A stretch of DNA of 64,000 nt from Malacoraja senta. Taxonomy: Eukaryota. Under the pieces are notes generated by a model that made no database searches, had not been told where the DNA came from, and saw only the letters and a list, made by a program, of their open reading frames with translations. Shown here piece after piece: positions 25,240-37,687 of this stretch (the first letter of the stretch is position 1; the number at the start of each line of letters is the position of its first letter). Position numbers and translations under genes: made by a program. Location of the stretch: NCBI GenBank assembly GCA_038087875.1, contig CM075978.1, positions 12,090,001 to 12,154,000 on the forward strand, given 5' to 3'.

Positions 25240-26590
25240 ACAACAGGTCCATTACAGGCACCATCTCTCTCGCCCTAAACTCATCTCTGGAACACCTAGA
25301 AAACAAGGACATCCATGTCAGACTCTTATTAGTCGACTACAGCTCCACCTTCAACACCATAATGTCATCCACACTCATCTCCAAGCTAGGCATTATGGGC
25401 CTGTCCCACTTAGGCGATTTTTCAGGTGACTGCCAGCGAATGTCAAGACGCCGGCAGTCGCCTGAAAAAACGGCAACTGGAACGGCAACTGTCAGAGTGG
25501 AACACACACACAAACACATCGCTTCCTTCACCAGCCCGTTATGCAGGGCAAGCAGGGGGGAGCGCTGTCTGAGTGAAATTCACATGGTGCAAAGCCAAGG
25601 TGATACCGCGGTGAGCAGGTTGGCACTGTAATTAAGATGGCTAAAGCACAGTATGTGGTAAGTTCTTTCAAAGAGGGGGGGGGAAGAGGGGGGGGGGAGA
25701 AGGAGGGAGAAGGACTGGAGACAACTTTTAAGAAGCCAAAGATACACAGCTGTGAAGCTCGGCGGACATTTAACATTATCGGTCGGTTATCCTTGGTTCG
25801 GAAAACTACTGCTTACGTTATTTTTCCCAATGAGCCCATGAAATTCACCGGTCAGCACAGGCTACAACCTACGAGAACCTAAGAGAACCTTCGACCTCCT
25901 GGCAACCTACTAGGACCTCCTGGCGACCCAACTATGGCACGAGAATTCTCGCTACTCTCCATGGCAGCTTCATTCTAGTCGCTGCTAATTTGCAGCGACC
26001 AAAACGAGGCCGTGAATGTTCCCAGAATGCGGAAGCTCCTCATGACCATGACAGGCGACACCCAGGCAATCACCCGCGAACATGTGGTGACCACACAGTC
26101 TCCTGCAGTCGCCAAAAAAGTTGCCTAAGTGGGACATGCCCATTAGCACCCCTCTTTCTGCCACAGGATTGTCAAATTGCTGACCTACAGACCACACAAC
26201 CAGTGAGGGTAGATGACAACACCTCCTCCACAATAATTTCAACACTAGTGCCGTTGGAAGAATGCATTCTCAGTGTTTCACGATACATCCTTTACACTCA
26301 CGACTGTTCGGCCAAACTCAGTTCTAACTTCATCAACAACCACTCTCCAGCATCACAAACAATGATAAAACAGAATACAGGAAGGAGGTTGAGAACTAAA
26401 GATACATAATGTCAGGACAACAACTTCTCTCTCAATGTCAGGAAGATGAAGGAACTAGTTATCAATATCAGAAAGCATGATGTAGAACATGCCCCAATCA
26501 GCAACATTGATGCCAAAGTGGAAATGGTCGAGAACTTCAAGTTCCTTGGTAAATATTACCAACATTGATCCCCACCATTGATTCCAACTA
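25240..26590 (+). mobile_element. Rex1/Babar RT fragment, split by a Harbinger MITE
   Basis: NRS..ISLAL..LEHLENKD.HVRLLLVDYSSTFNTI..LISKLGI|STPL.. rejoins across the MITE; later LYTHDC, NNFSLNV.K.KELVI, VENFKFLG. Confidence 0.85.
25396..26142. mobile_element. Non-autonomous PIF/Harbinger DNA transposon (MITE)
   Basis: TIRs tgggcctgtcccacttaggcgattttt / aaaaagttgcctaagtgggacatgccca; TTA TSD at 25393-25395 and 26143-26145. Confidence 0.88.
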
Positions 26591-27359
26591 CACTTCATAA
26601 AAACATAAGAACATAAGTGATAGAAAATGTATAGATTAACTATATTAGCCTACATTTACTATATCTATTACCACGCATATTATGCATGCTGCACATTCCA
26701 TATGTAGTCCAGTCCGGATCTTCATCCCTACCCGGACTATTGATAAAGGTGCTTCAACATCTCATGGTCGGACTTGATGCTGACTACAGAGATGATAGCA
26801 TGTAATGTTTCCTCCGCTTGTGTTACAATAAAGGACTATGACTTGTTACTCCTGTGTATGGGACTCATTACACAACAAAAAGTGATAAGAATTAGGCCAT
26901 TTGGCCCAACAAGTCTACTCCGCCATTCAATCATGGCTGATCTTTCTCTCCCTCCTAACCCCATTCTCCTGCCTTCTCCCCATAACCTTTGACACACGTA
27001 CTAATGAAAAATCTATCTATCTCTGCCTTAAATATACCCACTGACTTTGCCTCCACAGCCTTTCTGTGGCACGCTGCATGGGGAAAGCAGCCAACATAAT
27101 CAAAGACCTTTTCCACCCCGGTTATTCCTTTTTTTCTGCTTCATCCTCTTTGTTTTCAGGTTTCTGAACAGTCCTTTCACAAGCTAGGTTACAGTCCAAT
27201 TCTCCTCCAACTCATTGTGTCCATTGGATTTTGCCTCTGGAACTGGTGCACTATAACACTGAAAACTATGTTCTGCCCTTTGTATATTTGCCTTCACTCT
27301 TCTTATTATACTTGATGTTTATCTTGTTAATATTGTTGATGTTTATCTTGTTTACTATT

Positions 27360-27724
27360 GTTCACTGATGTTGGGTACTTCAAATATGAAGATTGTATGT
27401 ACATAATAGTTGAATGTATATAAGTGTCTGTATGTATTATGGGAAATTGCCTAGGGCAGTACTATTATTAGTAAGGAATTGATTTTTAAATACGATAGAA
27501 GTGTTGGGGAAAAGGGGTGAGATTTAATAAGTTATTCTTCTTCTCACTCCTTTTCGAGCTTGTACAGACTCTGAGTTGGACATTGGAACCTTGATTTTGT
27601 TCTTCTCAATTGTAAATGTTGATTGCAATGTTCAATTGTTTGATAATTTCAATTTTGTTAATATCAATGTCTTTAATGTCTTTACTTGTTCGGAATAAAT
27701 AAATAAATAAATAAATAAATAAAT
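27360..27724 (+). mobile_element. LINE 3' end with (AAAT)n tail, clade uncertain
   Basis: aaaaggggtgag..ctcactccttttcgag stem-loop and an (AAAT)n tail, nested in a Rex1 tail. Confidence 0.5.
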
Positions 27725-28439
27725 ACTTGAGTTTGGCTTGATTACATTTATGAACAGTATTATCTGATTTGATTGGATAGCATGTAAAACAAAGCTCTTT
27801 GTTGTACCTCAGCACATGTGCCTAAAAACCTGCCCTGTACATCTCCTTTAAACGTATCCCCACTCACCTTAATGTTATACCCTCCAGCATTTGATCTTTT
27901 CACCCTTGGAAAAGTGCTTGACTTTCGACCCAATTTATGCCTCTTATAATTTAAAAAAAACTTCAATCAGATATCCCCCCTCAAACTCTGACCCACCAGA
28001 GAAAAATAATCCAAGTTTATGCAACCTCTTCTTTTAGCTAATACCCTCTAATCCATGCAGCATCATGGTATACTAAGACAGACACAAAATGCTGGAAGTA
28101 ACTCTGCAGGTCAGGCAGCATTGCTGAAGAAAATAGATAGTGGCGTTTCAGGTAGGGACCCTTCTTCAAAAACTGTATTCATGGTATACTTCTTCCACAT
28201 CCTCTCCAAAGAATCCACATTCTTCCTGCAATTGGGTAACCAGAAATGCACATAATACTTAAAATGTGGCCTAACAAAAGCTTTATAAAGCTTGACTTTC
28301 TGATTACCATAAACCTTCTCTACCACTGTGGATAGCTCGATTGTAATCATATATAGTCTTCCACAGGCTGGATAGCATGCAACAAAAAGCTTTTCTGTAC
28401 CTCAGTACAGGTGACAATAAACTAAATTAAACTAACTTT

Positions 28440-28750
28440 CAGGGGTCAAAGTTTAAGAATAGTGGGTAGGCCATTGAGGACTGAGATGAGGAAAAAACTT
28501 ATTTACCCAGAGAGTTGTGAATCTGTGGAATTCTCTGCCACAGAAGGTAGTGGAGGCCAATTTACTGGATGTTTTCAAAAGTTAGATTTAGCTCTTAGGG
28601 CTAATGGAATCAAGGGATATGGGGAAAAAGCAGGAATGAGGTACTGATTTTAAATGATTAGCCATAATCATATTGAATGGCGGAGCTGGCTCGAAGGGCT
28701 GAATGGCCTACTCCTGCATCTATTTTTCTATGTTTCTATGTTCCTATGTT
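28440..28750 (+). mobile_element. CR1/HER1-type LINE 3' end
   Basis: LWNSLPQKVVEA, GIKGYGEKAG, (tttctatg)n tail. Confidence 0.85.
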
Positions 28751-28921
28751 TGTCTACTTGTCTTGCTACTTTCAAAGCAGAAAATCTTCTTCGCTCCTCT
28801 AGCTGACTAATCTCCCAATCAACCCCTCCACACCATGGGGCTATTTTAGATTTGTGAATCTTGGTTGGCATGGATGAAGTGGGCCAAAGGGCTTGTTTCC
28901 ATGCTGCATGACTTTAGTAGG

Positions 28922-29692
28922 TCAAGAGTCAAGAGTGATTTATTGTCATATGTCCCAGATAGAACAATGACATTCTTACTTGAAGCAGCACAACAGAATA
29001 TGTAAACATAGTACACTGTAAACCATATAATAAACGAGAGGGGAAAAAAAGTTCAGTGCGTTTGTACATACACATACACAAATATATAGATCGTATATCT
29101 AAGACAGATGTATATATATAAGATAGACACAAAATGCTGCAGTAACTCAGCGGGACAGGCAGCATCTCTGGAGAGAATGCTGTCTGTCCCACGGAGTTAC
29201 TCCAGCATTTTGTGTCCATCTTCAATTTAAACCAGCATCTGCAGTCCTTTTATACACATATAAATATATATATATATATATACTGTATATATATATATAC
29301 AGTATATATATCGGGTTGGTCTAACCTTCCGCGACGTTGGAGCTCCCGACATCCACGGCCTCTCCCGAGACTGCGGTTGGAACGATCCCAAATCAAAGGA
29401 TCGACTCCGATATGTCCACGCCCCACGGTGGGGCCCAAGGTCAGTCCGAGGAGGCCTCCAGCTCCATCGATGGTAGGCCGCAGAGCAACCGGAGAATGCG
29501 ATCCAAAAAATAATCGCATCTCCGGCAAGGTAAGAAACTGAAAAAAAGTTTCCCCTCCCCCTCGCACCCCCCCCCCCCACCATAAAATAAACCGGAGAAA
29601 CATTTACACAAACTTTTAATACAGACTAAAAATTAAAAAAAGACGAAAATCACACAGACTGTGGGCAGGGCTGCCAATCGTGCACCCACTTC
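28922..29692 (-). mobile_element. GC-rich non-coding retroposon, copy C (Rex1-type (TCTTGAC)n tail), containing a Penelope-repeat hairpin at ~29120-29250
   Basis: 29469-29690 is homologous to 15937-16140 and 42867-43100; tail ..gggacatatgacaataaatcactcttgactcttga. Confidence 0.65.
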
Positions 29693-30654
29693 TTGCAGCT
29701 GCCCCCCTCTACTCTCAGTCTGCAGAAGCATCCCAATACAAAACCTTGTGTGTCCTCTTCCCACCACGTGATGCTGCTAACCTGCTGTGTCCCTCCAGCA
29801 GTTTGCCTTTGGTTTTGCACCACACTCTGCAATAACATAGGCGGGTGTCTCCAGCCTTTACGGAGATTTTCTCGAGTGATGCATGCTGTAAAATATGTTC
29901 ATGTGGTGCTGATTTTTAATGCACTCTCCAGAATATCTGTTTATGCAGCAGTCGATGCATCAGCCAGTTGCCACAGTTGTTAAACTTTGATTGTCATGTA
30001 ATATACATCTGCTGGTAATGATACTAAGGGTTGTAGGGGTGGTGTGGATAGGGGTTAGTGAGCAGTAGGGTTCCAACCAGTTCTGTCTGGGACCTCTGAT
30101 CAAATGCCACTGTTGACCACTTGGTTATTAAAGTGCTACACTTCAGGATAGAAACTTCTATGTTTGAATCCCGAGCAAGAATGTTTCAGTCTTTCATCCT
30201 TCCAAGGTGAATTAAATAAATCCCACGTCTTTGGACATGGAGAGAAAGACAGGTGCCTGATCTGATTGAACTTAAATCTCAGTCACAGCTGTTGCATCTC
30301 CCAAATATTTACGATGGAAAAAGGGATCAGTGGCATCCAACGGGCAAGTTGTGATTCACACGTTCTGCCTCGGAGGATAATCCCTGTCTCTGATCGTGTA
30401 GGATTACAGAGCTGGGAATGCCAAACAGATACAGAAGCATTTAGCAGGAGTATGTCAAGAATGGAGTTCCAGAGCAGTGCATATTGATGCTGAGAGGGTT
30501 CAAACAGCCTTGAAGCAACAAGGCATAGTTTTCATCCTGTTACATTTTCCATTCAGTGATTTCACAATATACAATGACGTTGTGTGTTGACTATCCATAA
30601 AATCTGACAGAACGCAATAAAGTGGATTGAGATATCCTGAGGGATTAAGGAAGG

Positions 30655-32383
30655 TGCCGTGGTAGTCTGGCGCGCTGACCTATACCGGATTGAGGTCAGG
30701 CGACAACTCTCAGACACCTCCTCCTACTTATCCTTGGACCATGACCCCACATACTAGCACCAGGCCTTAATCTCAAGCACCTTTACTGATTTCATCACTT
30801 CCGGCTCTCTGCCCTCAAAAGCCTCCAACCTTATCGTTCCGCAGCCCCGCACGGCCCGATTTTATCTTCACCCAAAAAAGCCACAAGCAGAACTGTCCTG
30901 GCAGACCCATAGTTTCTGCTTGTTCATGTCCCAACAAATTGATTTCCACACCTCGACTCCATCCTCCATCCATACCTGGTCCAATCCCTCCCCACCTATG
31001 TCCAAGACATCTCACACACTCTTTGTCTCCTCAATGACTTCCGTTTTCCAGGCCCCCATTCCCACATCTTTATTATGGATGTCCAGTCACTCTACACCTA
31101 CATCCCCCACTAGGAGGGTCTTAAAACCCTCCGTTTCTTCCTCGACCACAGAACCAACCAATCCCCATCTACTAATCCTCTCCTCCGCCTAGCTGGTCCT
31201 TACCCTCAACTGCGTCTCATTTGACTCCTCACACTTCCTCCAAATCCAAGGCGTAGCTATGGGCAGTCGCATGGGCTATGCATGCCCCTTTGTGGGGTAC
31301 GTCAAACAATCCCCGTTCCAGGCGTACTCTTGCCCTATCCCCGAACTCTACCTCTGCTACATTGACGAATGCATTGGTGCTACCTCCTGCACCCATGCAG
31401 AACTCACTGACTTCATCAACTTCACCACAAATTTCCATCCGCAACTAAAATTCACCTGGACCATCTCCGACATCTCCCTCCTGTTTCTAGATCTCACCGT
31501 CTCCATCACAGGAAACAGACTTTTGACCGACATCTATTACAATCCTACTGACTCCCATAGCTATCTCGACCACACTTGCTTCCCACCCTGCTTCCTGCTA
31601 ATACTCTATCCCCTACTCCCAATTCCTCCGTCTAGGCCGCATCTGCGCCCAGGATGAGGTGTTCCATACCAGGGCATCGGAGATGTCCTCATTCTTTAGG
31701 GAACGGGGGTTCCCCTCTTCCATTATAGATGAGGCTCTCACTAGAGTCTCCTCAATATCCCACAGCTCCACTTTCACTCCCCCTCTCCCTATTCGTAACA
31801 AGCACAGAGTTTCCCTTGTCCGCAACTTCTACCCCATCAGCCGTCAAATACAGCATATATTTTCCGACATTTTCGCCACCTCCAACGGGTTCCCACGACT
31901 GGCCACATCTTCCCATCTCCACCCCTTTCTGCTTGCCGTAGAGACCGTTCCCTCCGAAACTCCCTGGTCAACTCGTCCCTTCCCACCCAAACCACTCAGT
32001 CCCCAGGTACTTTACCCTGCAACCACAGGAGATGCAACACCTGTTCCTTTACCTCCCCCCTCGACTCCATCCAAGGACCCAAACAGTCTTTTCAGGTGAG
32101 GCAGAGGCTCACTTGCACCTCCTCCAACCTCATCTACTGTATCCGCTGTTCCAGGTGCCAACTTCTGGACATCGGCGAGACTCCGCTCAGTCCGTCTTTA
32201 CCTACCTGTTCTCCAGTGGCTCAGCACTTCAACCCCTCCCATTCCCAATCTGAACTTTCTGTCCTGGGTTTCCTCCATTGTCATAGTGAGGCCCAGTGCA
32301 AATTGGAGGAACAGCACCTCTTATTTCACTTGGGTAGTTTACAACCCAGCGGTATGAACGTTGACTTCTCTAATTTCAGATAG
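30655..32383 (+). pseudogene. Penelope RT-GIY-YIG endonuclease ORF, frameshifted
   Basis: ORF-track pieces 31259-31657, 31659-32099 and 32096-32383, plus upstream RT motifs in shifting frames. Confidence 0.9.
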
Positions 32384-32483
32384 CCCTTGCTTTCTCTCTC
32401 CATCCCCTCCCCTTCCCAGTTTTCCCACCTGTTCTACTGTCTCTGCCTACATTCTATATTTGTCCCGCCCCCTTTCTTGACAT

Positions 32484-32520
32484 CAGTCTGAAGAAGGGTC
32501 TCGACCCGAAACGTCACCCA
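32484..32520 (+). ncRNA. Minimal type I hammerhead ribozyme motif in the Penelope terminal repeat
   Basis: CUGAAGA (32488-94), A, stem II GGGUC-UC-GACCC, GAAA, palindromic ACGU helix III, GUC site (predicted cut after 32515); helix I is only ~2 bp. Confidence 0.72.
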
Positions 32521-33484
32521 TTCCTTCTCTCCAGAGATGATGCCTGTCCCGCTGAGTTACTCCAGCATTTTGTGTCTACCTTTGAGGTATCCTGAGATGT
32601 ATTCCATTATGAGGTTGTCCCTCATCTTTCTTCAGTACTATGCACGGCTTGAACACACTAAATAAAGGATGGTTGATAAAGGATGGCGAGGAAAGAAAGC
32701 ATTTGAGACACTTGTCTTCATTGATCAGGGTATTGAGTAGATGATAGACACAAAGTGTTGAAATAACTCAGCGTGTCGGTCAGCATCTCTGGATAAAAAA
32801 GGATGGGTGAAGTTTCAGGTCAGGACCCTTCTCCAGTACTTCCGTTGGGATGTCATGATACAGCCGTACAAGGGTCTTGACCTGTAACGCCACCTATTCC
32901 TTTCCTCCAGAGATGCTGCTTGACTCGCTGAGTTACTCCTGAATTTTGTGTCTATCTTCAGTGTAAACCAGCATCAGCAGTTCCTTCCTACATGCTGGTA
33001 ATGCCACATTTGGTCCACCATGTATACTTCTGGTCACCTGGCTATAGGAAGGTTGTCATTACACTGGGAAGAGTGTAGAACCAATTTATGAAGATGTTAA
33101 AAGGGTCTAAAGAGGTTGAGTTTTAAGGAGAGGCTGGACAGGCTGGGACTATATTCCATGGAATTTATGCTGAGGAGTAATCATATATAACCACACGAGG
33201 GACATATATAAGTGAATAGCCATTGTATTTTCTCCAGGATAGGGGAATCTAAAACTAAAGGGTATAAAGAGCACAGGAGAAATATTTTATGAAACCTTCA
33301 CACAAAACGTAATGCATATACAGATCAATCTGATGGAGAAGGGGTAAAGGTGAGTACAATTGGTGTGTTTATTTGTGGATAAAAAGATGCTGTTACCCAC
33401 CCTTAATAAACAATGATGTCACATTGTTACAAAACAAACTAATGATGTTTAACTTTTTAGAAATACAGGTATGCTCAGGTGTGT

Positions 33485-33806
33485 ACGCAGAGTGGCGCAG
33501 CGGATGACCAGCTGCCTTACAGCGCTTGCAGCGCCGGAGACCCGGATTTGATCCCGACTACGGGTGCTGTCCGTACAGAGCTTGTACGTTCTTCCCGTGA
33601 CCGCGTGGGTTTTCTACGAGATCTTCAGTTTCCTCCCACACTCCAAACATGTACAGGTTTGTAGGTAAATTGGCTTGGTATAAGTGTAAATAGTCAATTT
33701 TGTGTGTGTAGGACAGTGCTAATGTGAGGGGATTGCTGGTCGGCGCGGACCCGGTGGGCCGAAGGGCCTGTTTCGACGCTGTATCTCTGAACTAAACTAA
33801 ACTAAA
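33485..33806 (+). mobile_element. HE1-type V-SINE
   Basis: A box, V-domain, (CTAAA)n tail. Confidence 0.88.
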
Positions 33807-35789
33807 AAGAGTTCTGGATACAATGGCAATATTTAAATTACACTTGGATAGGTCATAAGGTCAAAAGGAATAGGAGTAGAAATAGGTCATTCAGCCCATC
33901 ACATCTACTCCACCTTTCAATCATGGCTGATCTATCTCTCTTAATCCCATTCTCCTGCCTTCTCCCCAAAACCTTTAACACCTGTACTAATCAGCTATAT
34001 GGATATGGAAGGTTTGGAGGGATAAGGGCCAGGTGCAGCCAGATGGGATGAGCTTTGTTGTACAAGTTGCTTGCCATTGCTGTGTTGAACCTGTTTCTGT
34101 GCTATTTAGCTCAATGATTCTTTGACACTTGGGCAGAGTGCAAGGTGTAAATCCACCTGATATTCTGATTATCTATTAAAATTGATTGCAACTGGAACAA
34201 ATATCTTTACCAACTTATTCCTTTTGAAACGGGCAGCAGGGTGAACTGTAGTGGCCAGCAACTGGGAGCTCCAGCTGGTAATAGCAAAGAGAGCACAAGT
34301 GTTTGATGGAGCAAATGCCTGGTCAACACTTGGGCCTCGCCGATATAGAGGGAGGCCACAACACGAGCTCTTTATTTAGTAGATGAGGTTGGAGGAGGTG
34401 CAGCCAAACCTCTGTCTCCCCTGGAAGGGCTGCTTAGATGGAGACACGAGAAACTGCAGATACAAAAAAAAAGTCACAACGTGCTGGAGTAACTCAGCGG
34501 GTCAGGTGAACATGAATAGGTAATGTTTCTGGTTGGGAGCCTTCTTCAAACTCTCTTTTTTAATGAAGTCAATGAGTCATGGGCGCAGTCATCGTTGTAG
34601 CAGGGAAAGAGTTGGAGGATGATGCCAGTGTACAGTTTATAACAAGGACTGCTCGATGTAACCAACAAAAAGGCAGGCATACCTGGGGATGTTTAGATCC
34701 ATGGTGAGGAAGGAAGTAAAGGATAAGGTTTTTCCTCCTCTGTGGCTCCCTGCTTCAGTCATCCCTCCCACTCATTCCTTCTCCCCACGCCAGACACTTT
34801 CCCCCTTAAATGCAGGAGGTGCAACATCTATCCATACACCTCCTCCCTGTAATCTTGCACCATTCTGCTGCTTTTGCATGTGTCATTACATTTATTGTTG
34901 TGTTTACCATTGCTGCATGTATGCTGTTTCCACCCTGAACGAAAATGTGAACAAATAATTTAATTGCGCTCTGATGCAAATGACAATAAACTAATCTAAC
35001 TCTCTAACAAAACATGTGGAAGTAATCAGTTGAGCAGTATTTAAGCCTCGGTACATCATAAAAACTAACCTCCACCACGCAACGAAGCATGGTATTTTCA
35101 CGGTGTTTCCTAGAGAGATTATCTCATAAATATCTTAAGTTAACATCAGTTGTCGTGATCTTGTTTGTGGTGAAGAAACCTGCCAACAGATGAGCCTGTT
35201 TAGGATTATTGAGGAGATCCCTGTTCAACTCCTCCTTTGGTAATCCAAAAATTGTCACTGGTTTCATCGGGTGATGATGGAGAACACTAATAGTTTTGCC
35301 GATGTTACTGCCAAAAAACCCAGGCCAATACCTCAAGAGTCAAGAGTCAAGTCTTTTTATTGTCAAATGCAGCGAGACCAGAACTTGGTCAAATTTGTAC
35401 TTGTTGCGGCTTTACGGACATATTAAAGTGCATTACACAACAAATAAAAGTAACAACACCAACAAATTGAAAACAAACCTCTGCTTTGAAGGAATGTTTC
35501 CTTATATAATGCTCTTTGCCTCAACTACTTCCCACACCATGCAACAGCCTTATTGTAAAGAGCTGCCGCTGGAGGCCCTGCAACAGCCTGGGGCTCGGCT
35601 GGACCGGGCGCTGCTCCAAGAGGCCGAGCACGTGGACCAGAAGTGGCTGACAGCGGTGGGAAATACCACAGCTACGCTTGGTCAGGCTAACCCTGCAATG
35701 CCGCCATGACAATGGGCCTTTATGGTCAGATCAAGATCCCCGCATTCACAACTCGGACTTGAAAATGGCGCCAAACTGGTGACCATACA

Positions 35790-36198
35790 CTGAAAGACAC
35801 AAAAAGCTGCAGTAACTCAGCAGGACAGGCAGTATCTCTGGAGAGAAGGAATGGGTGACGTTTTGGATTGAGACCCTTTTTCAGACTGAAAGTCACGGGA
35901 AAGGGAAGCGAGAAATATAGATGATGACGTAGAGAGATATAGAACAAATGAATGAATCGCAGTGGGGGAGCAGCGAGAGAGGGTGTTGCAGGACTCGTCG
36001 GAGAGAGGAGGAGAACTTCTTCAAAGTAGGTGTACCTTGAGGAGACTTCGCACTAGAGCAGACACAATATGTAGGAAAGGACTGCAGATGCCTGTTTAAA
36101 CTGAAGAGAGACACAAAATGTTAGAGTAACTCAGCGGGTTCAGGCAGCATCTCTGGAGAGAAGGAATGGGTGACATTGACACAAAATGCTGGAGTAAT
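35790..36198 (-). mobile_element. Internally deleted Penelope derivative (terminal repeat - ORF 5' stub - terminal repeat)
   Basis: Tandem terminal-repeat copies flank a stub (PTLKKFSSSLRR) shared with 62600-62720. Confidence 0.7.
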
Positions 36199-36657
36199 AC
36201 TGTCTCAGTGTACCACTGCTTTACACTTGCACTGTATCTCAAATGCTTATCTAATATTTATCTAAGTGTTATTTATGTATTATGATACTTGTACAGAACT
36301 GTATAGAACATGTACCTCAGTACGTGACAAATAAGGTACCAAACCATACTATCTTGTCCGTCTCGTCTATTTTTCCAATTTTTTTATGATGACCTTAATT
36401 TGATGATAACTCACCATTGACATGCCAAGACCACATTGCATTTTGTATTCATTCAATTGACATCCTTCATAACTAAGAAAATACACTTATCACATATATT
36501 TGTTGGTTTATCAGTTCCAGTGGGTATGTTCTAATACCTGGCTTTGCTCTCGTGTCGATATCCATCCTTGCTATCATCCTTTCTGGAATCCCCATAACAG
36601 GGGTTTACCAAAATGTCTGAAGAATTACATAGTTTGATGTAGAATGGACATAGAATG

Positions 36658-36930
36658 ACATAGGACATAGGTTTAAGGTGAAGGGGAAAAGATTTAATAG
36701 GAATCTGAGGGGTAACTTTTTCACACAAAGGGTGGTGGGTGTATGGAACAAGCTGCCAGAGGAAGTAGTTGCGGCAGGGACTATCCCAACGTTTAAGAAA
36801 CAGTTAGACAGGTACATGGCTAGGACAGGTTTGGAGGGATATGGATCAAACGCATTGTGGCTGGGACATGTTGGCCGGTGTGGGCAGGTTGGGCCGAAGA
36901 GCCTGTTTCCACACTGTATCACTCTATCTC
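36658..36930 (+). mobile_element. CR1/HER1-type LINE 3' fragment
   Basis: GKRFNRNLRGNFFTQRVVGVWNKLPEEVV..FKKQLD. Confidence 0.88.
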
Positions 36931-37687
36931 TTGGACTCTAATGAGTTTGAAGAACGGTCCCAACCTGAAATGCCACTTATTCATGTTCTCCAGAGATGCT
37001 GCCTTACCCGTTGAGTTACCCCAACACTTTGCGTCTTTTTGTTTGCCAACAACCTGCCTGGATTAGAGGATATTAGGTACAAAGTGACATTAGACAGATT
37101 TAGATTGTTTTCTTTGGAATGCCCGAGGTTGAGAGGAGATGTGATAGAAATTCTGGGAGGCATCGAGAGACAGTCTGAACCTTTTTCCCAGGGAAGAATT
37201 GTTAAAGGCTGAATGCATTGCTTTAAAGTGAAAGGGCCAAAGTATCAAGGAGATGTGTGAGGTACATTTTTTTTACACAGACGGTAGTGGGTGCTTGCAA
37301 CCTGCTGCAGGGGATACGATGCGATGGTGTTGCTGAAGAGGTTTTTAAATTGACACTGAATGTGCCGGAAATTAAAGGGATATGGATTATGTGCAGGCAG
37401 ATGAGATTGGTTTGTCTTGGCGTCATGTTCAGCACAGACATTGCGGGTCTAAGGACCTGTCCCTTTGCTGTACTTTTCCATGTTCGATGGAACCACTTAC
37501 AACTTGCTACTGATTTATTGAAATCCTTCAAAATGCACTATATGTGCTACAGTATTTGAGTTTCCTTTTAAAGCCATGAAGCAAACCATCAGCATTTAAC
37601 AGCTATTTATATTGCGCCTTTCATGACCTCATGCCAACTGTGAGCATTTAACACATATTTACCTTTCGTAACCTCAAACCAATCCAG

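Larger units (their letters stand above)
30655..32583 (+). mobile_element. 5'-truncated Penelope-like element (probably Neptune-type)
   Basis: RT (PGRPIVS, MDVQSLYTYIPH, GVAMG, YIDE, LKFT, FLDL, PTDSHSYL), Cys-rich linker CNHRRCNTC, GIY-YIG (CTSSNLIYCIRC..IGET..VAQHF..GMN), 3' terminal repeat. Confidence 0.93.

Noticed and set aside
29515-29540. U1 snRNA-like 5' end (cttacct..g) in the GC-rich family
   Set aside because: Match is under 10 nt, varies between copies, and no other U1 sequence follows
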